From NCBI GenBank assembly GCA_001244265.2, contig CDLV01000012.1, positions 558,001-622,000 of the forward strand: a stretch of DNA of 64,000 bases, given 5' to 3'. The stretch's first letter is position 1. The number at the start of each line of letters is the position of its first letter. The position numbers and the translations under genes are program-made. The DNA comes from Microbotryum violaceum (Eukaryota). The notes beneath the pieces are model-generated. The model was given only the letters and a program-made list of their open reading frames with translations, had not been told where the DNA came from and made no database searches. Shown here piece by piece: positions 1-12,041 of this stretch.

Positions 1-236
1 GACTGTAAGTGGCCTCATTAGATGTACGTTTCAGATTTCCGTTCGAACCTCAGGTCTCGGCGCTCACACCCGTCCAACTTTCCCTAGACACGAGCCGTCA
101 GCCACTTGCCTCGTAGGTTCGAGCGTGTCGATTTTTTTCTTCTCGTTCTCAGGGCTCTTGCTGATATGTCACGGTATTTAACATCTGTTCGTGGTGTAGA
201 TCTTCTTCGACTGTTCGCCCCCTTCCCCACAAACGA

Positions 237-3200
237 GTGCCTCCTCGCCGCGCTGCCCGAAGTTATGCCCTGAATACCTGGCTGGCGAACGCGAATTGGA
301 GATGTGTGGTGCGCAAGCTGGTGGATGAATTCCTCAGAGCAATAGCGGATGATCAAGAGTATATTCCGCTGCGAAGTGTGCCTCCGTGCTCGAACAAGGC
401 AATGGAGGTTAATCTGATCGACTACTCGGGTGAGCTCACTTGATCGGGTTCCGCACCAATGAATCCCTCGGAAAGGTCTACGTTTTGCTAAACGACGCCG
501 CTGTCTTGACGTACCTAACAGCACAACAAAGAAAGATCTCATTTGTGCCAAGCAAAAAAGGTGCGATCTCCGATCTCCTGGCAGCTGGATACATGCCTGC
601 AACGCCGGCCGCACCACGATATGCTTTCTTCATTCCGTTTATTAAGAGCCACATGGCTTCTTACTACGTCACCAAGGCGACACCGCCTGCTGAAGCGAAT
701 CTCCCAGATCCAAATTCCACGGTGAGCACCATCACTCTGCATAGGGGATCGCAACATGAACACTTTCGAGGACGCTGACACGCGCCACGACCCTCGCTTC
801 CTGCAGACGCGCATGTCGCCCCACTTGTCAAAGCACTTTTCGGACGCATTGGCTGCCTTCCGACTCTTTGCGGCTTACGTCGACAGCGCGATCCCTCCAG
901 CCAGGCAGCTTACAATGACGTGTTCTGCATGCCAGCACAAGGTGAGCGACCTGGTGCGATGCTTGGCTTCCACCTCACTCATGTGCTTTGCCGGACTCTC
1001 TACACTTTAGATCCAAGAGGAGCCTCCACTGCAGTACACCGCCCAAGTCGCGATTGACGGCAATACTTCGCAAAAGCGTCTGAAAACCAGATACTCTAAA
1101 GTTGGACAGCATATCCACCCCGACCAGCACACCTTTCCGTCAAAGCTGTTCATCCCGCCGGAGATTGTCGACGAAAGCGAGATCATCGCTGTAAGTCGCT
1201 CGAATACTGAGCTCAAAAGTATTTTCAATTTATTGTCTGAAATGTCCTCATATGCCTTCTTCTATCCGGTAACATCCTCAGCGCTTGGCCTTCGCAGACT
1301 CGTAATGGTAAAGGTCGTCGTATCGTTGCAATTAAGAAGAGGGCCGAAGGAGACAAAGGCGCTTGCGCATCAGCCTCGCGGTCTGAGCAGGTGCGTTGGT
1401 TCTACGTGACGGTGCTCCTGTTTTTTGGCGAAGCAAATTGACTTTGACGTGTATCCAGAGTGGTGGGGCCTCCTCAGGCTGGGACGAGACCGGAATCGTT
1501 GCTGCCGTTTGTCGCCATGGGGTCGTATTGGCGGCATGCGACATGATCCAAAGCGGAGAGAGGTGAGCTCGGTGCGAGGCTGAAAGCCCCCGCTCGGCTG
1601 TCCAATTGACCGCAATGCTTGGCTCGCTGGTGCAGTTCGAAATACCCGCTTGCCCTGATCAAACAAGTGCGCGAAGCATTCTCACCGGGCGATCGCCTGT
1701 TAATAGGCTATGATATTGGCTGTGTCCTCGCCAAGACGTTCGAGACAGCGGAGTCGATCGGGAAACGCCAACGTGACCCCGACGCACCAAGCTTTTCGGG
1801 ACAAGCGGCTGCCAAACCGGCCGTGACTTTTTGCTGCGGAATCGGGCAAGGATGTACTCATAGCCACCCCTGCCAGGTAAGTTTCCGGCTCTATGAAATT
1901 TGCGCACCATAATTCCGCCGGACTAACGCGAGTCGATCACTTCATTACTGTGCTTTCACAGCTACAATCACACCCACGCCTCATGGACGCCGCGGGACTA
2001 GAAGACTTTGAAGGCTGTGAACAGGTCTGGTCATTCCTCGACGATTTTGCTGGGTCAACCCGCCTAGCAACGAAGTACAATCGAAAAAGCACGCTTCATC
2101 ACGCCATCATGTACTCAAATCATCGGGTCCTGATGGGTCTAGGTTAGTTAGTCGTTGTTCACTGCTGAGCCGCGCAAATTAAATGGCATGCGCGCCTTTG
2201 CCTTCAGATACTTGGCTATTAGATCGATGGAACTCCGCTTCGGCGGAATCAATCGCCAGTCTTGAGACGATCCGCTTGCTGGCTGAACAGTTTACCTCGG
2301 AAGACGCTTGTGTGGACGCGGGACATATGTGGCTTGAGCAAGAGTGGCAATACTTCATGCACAATGCTACGACTCCATCAAGCAAGCTCACTGCGAGAGA
2401 TTTGCGGGAGAAAAAGCTTTTGGAAGCGCTAGAGAACCGTGACAAGATGTTTGGAGAGCAGGATTCCGGGTGAGTCGACCCGGTCGAGCCTCTGAGTGAT
2501 TTTTGACTGGGTCTGATTCTCCATTAACAACTCGACAGCATCCCTCGCTCCCGCGGGGGCATGGTTGCTTCAAGCATCGCCAACTACACGAGCGTGATCG
2601 CCGAGCTGATAAAGGACGAGGTTCTGCAACTCACCGAAGAGGATCGCGAGAATATAAAACGGTTGGGCCTAGGTTGGCGTGGAGTCGAAGAGATCAGGGC
2701 GCGAGGAGTCGTCCAAAGGATCGAAGGACTGTTGGCCAAGCTCGCGCGTGACTTCATGGCAATAGATCTCGAAGCTGAAGCTGTGAAGAATCGCAGTCAT
2801 GGCATCGGAACGAGTGAGTCGCTGGCTTGGCTCTGGCAGCAGCTCTCCCATCCAATCCATGCTGACCGACTCCACCGACTTTGATCCGGTTGTGCAGATT
2901 ATGATACGCGCAGCATTGGCAGCGTTCGAAAGCGCTACAACCGCGTTGCCACGTCTCTCGCCGAGTACAACAAGCTTGCCGAGACCTGCAATCGTAGATT
3001 GTATACCTTTGAAGAAGTACGTTATGCACACGAATGTTTACTCATCGGCACGCTCATCCTTTTTTTATTCATCTGCAGATGAAACAACTCACCAAAGACG
3101 GCAAGCTTCGAACTGGCTCGAACCTCGGTTGGGCGTCCTCCATCGCCAGAAGTGTGACAGCGGCGGTGTCGCGACGCGAGAGAGCTCTGGAAGAACAGGC

Positions 3201-3832
3201 TCGATTACAGCTTGAGTACCAGTACGTGACGTCATTGTTACCAATCAGACTTATTGACTGACTACTATTGATTCTTCCGATGCGGTAGACGAGTATGGGA
3301 GTGGGCCCGCGAAAATCTCCAGTACTGGGGGAACTTGGCTTCGACCTCGGCTGAAAATCAACACCTCGATTCACCTGATGAGGATGATCAGCGGCCCGCC
3401 TGGAAGAAGAGTGCTCTTTCCGCGATTGCAGTCCAAAAGTGCCAGGAGATCGGTCAACTTGTTCAGAGCTTGGATCGCCTGCGAATGTCGAAGCAAACGA
3501 AAGGATTGTGCCATTTAGGAGACCTGTCCAAAATCAGTGCTCGGGGACCCATTCCCGCTCTCGGCTCCTACCTCGCGACGACGAGTTTGGCATCCGACGA
3601 CAATCCGGCCGACGACGAGACTGCCGACCCTGAGGGGATTATACGAACACTTTACGAGCAAGCGGATTTGATGCAGGGGCAAGCCGAGCTCGACGCGGAT
3701 CCCGATGCCCATCTCAACGGAGCTGCCGGTATTGACGACGACGACCTGGAGCTTGAGAACGACGAAGAAGGCGAAGACGAAGAATACTCATTCGAAGATG
3801 AGCTTGAAGCGCGTTGGTGCGAGGACGACTAA
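237..3832 (+). mobile_element. KDZ-superfamily transposase (CxC-type N-terminus), multi-exon, probably decayed; element ends not identified
   Basis: Ordered KDZ motifs across exons: LLAAGYMPATPAAPRYAF, CSAC, VAIDGNTSQKRL, WDETGIVAAVCRHGVVLAACDMIQSGE (~1480-1560), KYPLA...IGYDIGC, HSHPCQ, HPRLMDAAGLEDFEGCEQVWS, then an acidic tail. The usual FH.Y.H motif reads GQGCTH, and a TAA interrupts the acidic tail. Confidence 0.85.
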
Positions 3833-5364
3833 GAAGAGGGCGACCAAGAGAATGAGGAAGAAAAGGAAGATAATGATGCTAGTAGAGTGGAGATGAGAAC
3901 CAGGGGCGATCGCGCAAGGAGTGCGAATTTAGGAATGTACCATCTGGATTGACCTACTTCATACGAATCGCATTTTGTAATTGAATACATGAGTATGTAT
4001 TGCACCAGCTGAACACCGTGCTCTTCAATGTTGTAGGCATCTGAAACAGCCGATCCAAGCTGTTGGGTCAGAGAAAATAATCTTACAGAAACGCGTCCGA
4101 GTGACGTTAGGTTGTGAAGTTAGCCCTGGGATTGCAAGGTTCGGTGGATTTGGAGACGCATTTGAGTCTGACATGAATGACCTCAAACTCCGTCCACAGA
4201 AAAATCCTGCGCAGCACTCGTCCTTGGATGGCTCTTTTCAACAAAGTGCAATGTCAATTTGCGCGGCCAACCGCGTGCCTCTGACATGGTTTCCCTGTCT
4301 CTATCGGGTCTTCCGTGACGGTGCCTCCCAAAACCGGTGAGGTAGGAATCTAAGAAAATTAAAATGCAGACATCTCGGGAAGACCTAAGCACAGAGTACC
4401 ACAAACAGAAACTGGAGGGGGTCAGTATCTCCTCCGATTGCTCCCGGCCACTCGTCAATTCGATTCATCTTTCTCGAGTCTCAACTCGACCTTATGGGCC
4501 TACAACAGAAAAGCGCCACCGAGCAAGTTCAGCAGATCGATCTTTCCCGCGAACAGGTCCCACACTTTTATTTTCGCTACCGCCCACCCTCCCACCCGGT
4601 TCCCCGGTTCTGCCCGGCTCATCTTTCGGGCGACTGTGCAGGCCGGCCGCTGGCCGTCGGCCGTCGGCCGCTTGACTGATCACGGGATCACCGGTGTGTT
4701 TTCGTCCCGAAATTACGCTAGTGGTCGCTACTAGTAGTAGCCCGCCGATGGTGCTGGCGTGCACGTGGTCGAGCTCCCAAACTGGGTTCAGACTTCTTCA
4801 CCGCTTGATGGGGTCTGTTGCAAAATGTTACCCTCGCGGTCAGTTCAAATGGGGAATTGTGGCGGATCCCGACCCGCCTTTACGGCATGCCCCGTCGGCG
4901 TCCAGCCTCGAACTTGAAGGAGCGCATCGTCGGCGGCGGCACCGCGAGCGGCTTCCGGGCCGAATCCGTCGGGCCAAACTCACATGTCGTCAAGCAAGTG
5001 GCAAGCATGTGCACGCGCGAGCTTTTAGGTTAGACTACCTAGCTTCATCTGGGCACTCGATCTTTATCGATGGGGTTACCTATGTCGGCATGGCTCACAG
5101 TTTCGATGGGAAGATCCTCCGCTGCGCATCGACGTTGCCGGGCTGGCCGGCGGCGCTGTAACCGTTGCCGCGTTGACGCGTTGACGTCCGACTTGAGACT
5201 CTGAACTCCCTTCCTTTTGTTTCCCCACAACATCCTCACGAGGAGCCCCACGAACGCACTCGGTAGTCCCTCATCTACCTACCTACCTCCTCTATCTCCT
5301 CATCTTGGGCCTCGCCCATCGCCGCCTCCAGAGTACTCGAGCCGAATCTCACACTCGGCGCAAA

Positions 5365-7732
5365 ATGGTTTCCGTTCCCAACCCGATCGGCCAGGGGCCA
5401 AAGCCGGGCAAGATGGGCCTCGCCATGTAGGCTCATTCGATCACTCGCTGAATTCAGGCGACTCACTGAGGGCGAGTCATCATAACACCACAGGACTGTC
5501 TTTGCCGCTTTCGGTGGGTTTCTGTTTGGTTACGACACCGGCTACATTTCGGGCGTGAAGGAGATGCCTATCTTCGCCAAACTCCTCGGCGTCGTTAACA
5601 CGAACCCCGCGACCATGGCCAAGGCGCCCTACGTTCTCACTTCCGGCACCAACGCCCTCATCACTTCGATCTTGTCGGCTGGGTAGGATTCTGTTGATAG
5701 GACTACTGTTTCAACGAGTTCGATGCTCAATCTCTCCCCTCTTACATGTAGTACTTTCGTCGGAGCTTTGCTCGCGTACCCCGCTGGTGAGTTCGTGCTC
5801 GGCGCTGCATGACGCACCGTCGGCGCGTCATCTGTCCCGATTCACTCAACGTTCGCTACTTCTTCAGGCGACTTTTTGGGACGTCGCTTCGGTATCGTGG
5901 TCTTCCTCGGACTGTACGTCACCTCTTCTCGTGCTCTACACGGGAGCGAGGATTGACAAAAGCTTGTTGATGTCATCTAGGTTCTGCATTGGTGTCGCTC
6001 TGCAGACCGCTGCCACCAGTGTCGGACCTTTCACTGTCGGGCGTGTCTTCGCCGTGAGTACTACTTCTGTTTCTCCATTGGCTCTAACCCTCTGCGCTGA
6101 CATGACACACTTGGCCCTCGTCTTTGATCGCACAGGGGATTGGAGTGGTAGGTCGCCGAATAGACCCTGCTTTTGACGCAACACTCGCTCTAACGAGAGA
6201 CGTTAATTATCATCTTGCAGGGCGGCACTTCTTGCCTTGTTCCTCTGTATCAATCCGAATGCGCGCCCAAATCAATTCGAGGTGGTATTGTCTGCTGCTA
6301 CCAATGGATGATCACGATCGGTCTCCTAATTGTGGGTCAGCTGTGCGCTCAGTATAGGCGTTTGTTGGAGAAATGCGGTGCTGATCCAGATGAGTGCCCA
6401 CAATCTCCCCAGGCCAGTATCGTAGTTGAACGTACCAAGAGCATTAACAGCGAAGCCGCCTACCGTATCCCAATCGGCCTGCAGTTCATCTGGGCCGCCA
6501 TCCTAGGTGGTGGCTTGTTGGTCTTGCCCGAATCGCCTCGATGGCTCCTCATGAGGGGTAGGGAGGAAGAGGCGCAACGCGCCCTGGCGCGTGTGATGGG
6601 TACCGATATCGATTCCCTGGCCGTCAACGAAGAATTCGTCGAGATCGCGGCATCGCTCCACCATGAGCGATCCCTCGGTGGGTCGTCTTACATCGACTGC
6701 TTCCGCAACGGCGAGGGCAAGAACGGATTACGGACCTGGACCGGCATCGCTCTCCAGGCCCTCCAGCAGCTCACTGGCATCAACTTCATCTTCTACTACG
6801 GCACGGCTTTCTTCCAGAACTCCGGCATCAATAATCCCTTCATTGTTACGATCGCGACCAACGTTGTAAACGTCGGCATGACGATTCCGGGTATCTTGCT
6901 GGTTGACCGGGTGGGACGTCGCAGCATGCTCCTCTACGGCGCCTTCGGCATGTGCGTGTGCCAGCTCATCGTCGCTGCCGTTGGTCTCGCCGTCTCCAAG
7001 GACAATTTGGCTGGTCAACGCGTCCTCATCGCTTTCGTCTGCATCAACATTGGCCACTTCGCCGCTACTTGGGGTCCTATCGCCTGGGGTGCGTTGCTTT
7101 CTTGCACTCTTGGCAGGGACTGTGAGCCTGCCTCAGCTGGCTCGCGCTGACTGATCGTTCGCCCCTTCCGCAAATTTTTACAGTTGTCACGAGTGAACTG
7201 TACGCACAACGAATTCGCGGCAAATGCATGTCCATGTCGACCGCTTCCAACTGGCTTTTGAACTTTGCCATCGTGAGTACAATGCTGACCAAAATCATCG
7301 AGAGTGACTGACCGCCGCTTAATCCAACGTAGGGCTATGCAACGCCCTACTTGGTCGACACGGGCCCTGGCTCGGCTGGTCTCGGGTCCAACGTCTTTTG
7401 GATCTGGGGCGGATGCTGCGTCTTTTGCATCATTTTCACCTACTTCTGCATTCCCGAAATCAGGGTAAGCCTACCGGCATTTGTTGATTTCGTCGAGCCA
7501 ATCCCTTTTTGAACTCCGGTGCTGACACTCGATTACATCCACACAGGGCCTCTCGCTCGAGCAAATCGACATCTTGTATTGCAACTCGACGCCCGTCAAG
7601 TCGAACGCATTCAGGAAGCGCATCATCGCGGAGAACATGCACCATGACACCAAGGACGCTTACGCCATTACCAAGGACACGGGCCCGGTCGAGCACAAGG
7701 AAGTCGAAGCCGGGATCATGAACGAGGTTTAG
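5365..7732 (+). CDS. MFS sugar porter (hexose transporter), paralog A, many introns
   Basis: MVSVPNP start; FAAFGGFLFGYDTG, VPLYQSECAPKSIRG, PESPRW, QQLTGINFIFYYG, VDRVGRR, CIPE and GLSLEQID motifs; TAG at 7730-7732. Confidence 0.93.
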
Positions 7733-8356
7733 AGACGAAGCCTGCCCTGGAGCTCGGTGTTGGCCTCCAGCGGGCTCAGCAAGTTTGCTCGTGTGTTATC
7801 TATCTCCCTCTTGGACTTAGACGGGTTTACTAGATAGGTTTGACGGGCTTGTATTTGCAGTCTAGTCTATCTTGAAGTATCGAATGGCGCCAATGGTTCT
7901 GACACTGCCGATGTGAGCAGCAACATGCACGCGTTGAAAGTTGTGATTGGTACTTTTCGTTTGCCCCATTATCTAAAGTAAGGGAGGGCCATGTTGGCGG
8001 CGCCCCAAGTCTCCAAAACCGAGGCTCCTTTGAAACCGATCACCGAAGCGGCTTTCGAAGATCTCCGGGCGTCTTTACATGCGTCCAAGGGTCGTCTCGT
8101 ATATTTAATACAACATCCAAAGGGGGTTCAGTGGGTATGGTCGATCATATTGTAAAGTCGACGAGTTCTACACTTCTGGCATGCCCAGTGTGCTTAAATC
8201 CATGTTTCGACTTTTCCGGAAGATTTCTAGCTAGGCCTGCTTAAACTCTGTGCACTTCTAATGGGCGGGCCAAGAAAAGGAAATTAAACTTGCGCCCGCT
8301 CGTTTTATAAGAAAGATTAAGTGCGTGTTCGGCTGCAGCCATTCTGAAAGCCTCCT

Positions 8357-8465
8357 TAAAAGTGCTTAAAAGTGCCTAAAAGTGGCGTGTACGGTTGCGT
8401 CGCTAAAAGTCCCTAAAAGTCACTTTTAGGGACCATTCCTTAAAAGTGGTCCGAGGGCACTTTTA
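8357..8465. repeat. Left subterminal TAAAAGT(G) array of the Harbinger element
   Basis: Six direct copies (8357, 8367, 8377, 8404, 8414, 8441) and two inverted copies (8421, 8458). Confidence 0.9.
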
Positions 8466-8678
8466 GCACCTTTAGGGACGCACTCCGAGCTTCGGCCCCC
8501 TTAGGCTGGCAGGTTGCCGGGACGCGCTCGGACCGCTCAGGCCGCCTCGGTGGCAGCATTGGCTCACGTGCGTAGATAACCGGATATGTGAAATCTAATC
8601 AGGCTTGATACAAAAAAAAAACTCACGGACGCGTCGGTTGGCCTTCGTCGCGTCACGTCGTGCAGTGCGCTGTCCACC

Positions 8679-9010
8679 ATGATGGCCAAGAAATCCACCT
8701 TATCACACTCAGCAAGCGACGACGACAGCAAGAACGACTCTGAGCACTCCGCTCACTCGAACACTTTGCGCAAAAAGAACAAAAGTAACACAGGCAAGGG
8801 CAAGAGCAAAAGCAAGTCGAGAGGGGCCGGGACGCGAGCGGAGAACTGGTCCGTTGCGCAGACCACCTTTTTGGTCCATCTCTATGGCAACAACATGCTG
8901 TCGCCCGAGCTTCCTCTGAAGCTTCCAGCCTGGAACATCATTGTTGCTGCGATGGTGAAGCGACACCCCGAGCGCAAAGAGAGCTGGAGCCGACGCCAAG
9001 TGAAAGCTCT
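8679..9010 (+). pseudogene. Myb/SANT-like DNA-binding protein of the Harbinger element, 3'-truncated
   Basis: Lys-rich N-terminus followed by ENWSVAQTTFLVHLY...WNIIVAAMVKRHP...WSRRQVK, the Trp spacing of Myb/SANT domains. The frame then runs into antisense transposase sequence. Confidence 0.75.
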
Positions 9011-10193
9011 CTGGCTCATGGAGCACGCTCCCGTACCTTTGTCCATGGTCGGACCATTGGCATCGCGAGTGTACAAGGTACAAAACCCATGTCCTACAAC
9101 AGTGACTTGCGTTTTTTTACACAGTAGCCATTCTTTGAGGTGGTACCGAACGTTTCTGTACGGTGCCATGCACTCCTCGCTGGTTGCAAAGCCTGCATCA
9201 CCAAGAAACCACTCTAGTATTTGCCTTCGGGGATGAGGAGGTCCCGTTCGCGGGCCCAATCCCACGCTTGCTGATCGTGAGCAGAACCTTCGCAGCGGGT
9301 CTGAAGATAGCAGGAGCGAAGTTCGAAAGTCATAGCCGCGAGTATGTCTTGTGTCTTGTCTCCTTTTCGATCGATCGATCGTTTGGCATCGTTGGCCGCT
9401 GAGTACAGGGGGCGTGCGTTCCGTCGATGGCGCCGATGCAATTGCCGAAGTATCGTGCAAACCGAGGTTTGTCGGTGATAACGCTCGATGTGGGCGTGTC
9501 TGCCGTGGGCTGAAAAACGTACAGCTTTCTGAGGTCGCTGTGCACAAGTAATCCAAGTGTTTCTGGCAAATGACTGCGACGCAAATAGGAAGGTGCATGA
9601 GTACTAGCGCTCAGGCTTGGAGTTAGGAGGAAAGCTGCGGACCTGTTTTGTCATGAAGTAGGACATGAGAGCAAGAATTACTAACCGAGCGATGGTATCC
9701 AACGACCTTTGAAAAAGCTCGTCGATTTTGCGGTAAGACTCAGCGCCCCGCTGCCAGTACAGCAACATAGCAAGTTTCTCCTCGACGGTCACGTGATTCG
9801 AGGGACGATCTCGGTGTGAAGAAGCACTTTTTTCACGAAGATGGAGAAGCAGGACGGTGTCATGCCAAGAGTATTACTCTTAGGAACAGGATCCTTGTTG
9901 TCGAAGAGCTCCATAACGAAGATGAGGCCGGTTCGGACCGAAGTATGCTGAAGCAAGGGCGGATTTCATCTTCGTTTGGCCGTTTCGTCCAGGAGACGGC
10001 GTTGCTGCAGACGCCTTTCAATATACTTCTGCAGTATGTATATCCCCGCTGCGATGGCAGAATCTATCTGCTCGTCGGATAGATCCTGGGGGAGTGTATC
10101 CATGACTTCGAGATGTCTTCATGCAGCGATGCGCATTGCAGAAGCAAGACACGCATCTCCTCGTGCCGGATGTTGCGATTCGAGTTTCGACAT
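9010..10193 (-). pseudogene. Harbinger DDE transposase (DDE_Tnp_4-like) with stops and frameshifts, C-terminus missing
   Basis: HTSVRTGLIFVMELF, VTVEEKLAMLLYW, FGNCIGAIDGTH, RKGDKTQDILAA, EGSAHD, IPEGKY / WFLGDAGF and PYRNVRYHLKEW, spread over several frames. Confidence 0.9.
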
Positions 10194-10312
10194 GCCGGGT
10201 TCAAACACGTGACCTGAACTCGTCCGGTGAGATCTCTCATCCGTCATATATCAGATCGCTCCCGGCCGTTCGCGCCTTGAAAGTGGTTCCTACACGTGAA
10301 GTGTTCAGCTGC

Positions 10313-10376
10313 TAAAAGTGGACCTTAACCGCGGCGCGCGCCGCTTTCAGCTAAAAGTGAAAAGGTCCTAAAAGTG
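10313..10376. repeat. Right subterminal TAAAAGTG array of the Harbinger element
   Basis: Copies at 10313, 10352 and 10369. Confidence 0.85.
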
Positions 10377-10794
10377 CTTTTCCAGCCGAACACGCCCTAA
10401 GTGGATGTGTGGGAAGAGGGTTTTTTAAATAACAAACAATGGCCTCGGGCGAGATCGCTTCTCTCAACAAGCTTAAGGTCCCGCGCGTCGTCAATGGAGC
10501 GAACAGGAGAGGCCCCTTCACGCCTTCATCGCGCCGGCGCCGCCCCCGCGCGGGAACACGTGAATCGCCAATCTGACCGCCTGAAATCCTCGGCTGGGAG
10601 GTCGACCTTCACTTCATCATCAAATCCGTACGCCAACGACCGGATTACTGCGTGATGGAGGCCCACCTGATCTGCTGCTGCATAAGAAGGAAGCTTGTGA
10701 TCCCATCACTCTTCTCCTTCTTCTGCATCACAACCTCGAGCAAACCCTCTTGAGCATTTCAAACTTTCTTCACTCACTACACTCCAACATCGAG

Positions 10795-11289
10795 ATGGCT
10801 CACTTCTCCCCCGTCGGCTCCATCCACTTTGCCCACCCCTCGGCCATGCCCGGCTTGATCCCTTCGACGAGCTCGCTCAGCCACAAGCTTCGCAAGAGCG
10901 CAACTTCGGCTCTCACTTCCATCCGATCCAAGTCTTCCTGCAACAATGAGACCAAGTCTATCAAAAAGAACTCCATCTCGAAACCTACATTGGTCTACTC
11001 TTCGCAAGACCATCAACTTGTCGATGCCCACTCCCGACCCCTGAGCACGAGCTCGTTCGAATCGAACACGTCATCACTCCAACCTTTTTACCACCAATCG
11101 TGGATGTCCTGCTCAAGCGATGACTCTACCCTCTTTCAAGCCCAAGACGCCCCAAGCACCAGTGAAAAAACCGCTTTCGTCGTGAGGCAGATCGAATTGT
11201 TCGAAGAGGAGAGGAGGCAGGCAAAAGTCACCCAGGTGGTGCGAAAGGACGCGTTGATGGACCAGGAATTGCGAAGGATGGGATTTTGA
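10795..11289 (+). CDS. Small intronless Ser-rich protein of unknown function, paralog 1 (164 aa)
   Basis: ATG at 10795. Shares FAHPSAMP.LIPST.SL...LRK, ISKPTLV.SS.D, QSW.S and KD..MDQE.RR.G with the ORF at 12042. Confidence 0.8.
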   Translation: MAHFSPVGSIHFAHPSAMPGLIPSTSSLSHKLRKSATSALTSIRSKSSCNNETKSIKKNSISKPTLVYSSQDHQLVDAHSRPLSTSSFESNTSSLQPFYHQSWMSCSSDDSTLFQAQDAPSTSEKTAFVVRQIELFEEERRQAKVTQVVRKDALMDQELRRMGF

Positions 11290-12041
11290 GGGAAACAAGG
11301 GTTACTTTGTTGTAAATAGCTTTGAATTGTTGTGCATTAACCAAGTTGTTCAAACCCCGGATCCCAAAGTGCACCTCACTAAGATTGTTCGCGAGGGAAT
11401 GCGGAAGACTCTTTTCGCTTCGGCACTTTCGACACATCCTCAATCATCGAGTACAACTTCCCAAGTGTATCTGTGTAAATAGCCATTTAGCTGCTGGTTT
11501 CACTGGTGAAGAGGCGCTATGTGGGGATGGGCCGGTTGAGGCGCCGAGCAACCCCACGGGCCATGGGCCGATGTGAAGGATCAGATTCTGAGATCTTCCA
11601 TACCACGTCGCTCCTTCTTTATGATCGAAGACTTGGCTGCAGTTTAGCTTTACCATAGACCGTAAATCAAGGCAAGTACTCTTACTCGAAGTTGCGGGTC
11701 GCTGATAGCCTGATAAGCGGCCCGCCCTTTGTTCCAGCGCATGGACAGGGGGCCAAAGCGTCAGCCGAGACCCCGGACCCGGGACACCTTCAGGTCCTCA
11801 TCAACCCCCTTAACCCTCGGGCCCTTCACACGCGGTTCCTAAGTCTCCTGAAACGAAGATGATCATAGCGCAACCTTCACTTCCTCATCAAATCGTGTGC
11901 AGTGCTCTGATCACTACCTGAAGGATCTGTACCGAAGTTTTCACCTTGCAGGATGTGCCCTCCCGTTCTTTTCTTCACAACTATCACTAGGGTCACTGAA
12001 ATACTCAGGAACCTTATCCTCCAACTCTTCTCCACTGTCTC

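Larger units (their letters stand above)
8321..10397. mobile_element. PIF/Harbinger DNA transposon, internally deleted and non-autonomous
   Basis: TAA flanks both sides (8318-8320, 10398-10400). Left end GTGCGTGTTCGGCTG matches the reverse complement of the right end GGGCGTGTTCGGCTG at 14/15. Contains convergent Myb-like and DDE transposase remnants. Confidence 0.93.

Noticed and set aside
4715-4745. CTAGTGG...CTACTAGTAGTAG as a Helitron or CACTA terminus
   Set aside because: No convincing hairpin, partner end or TSD in the window.
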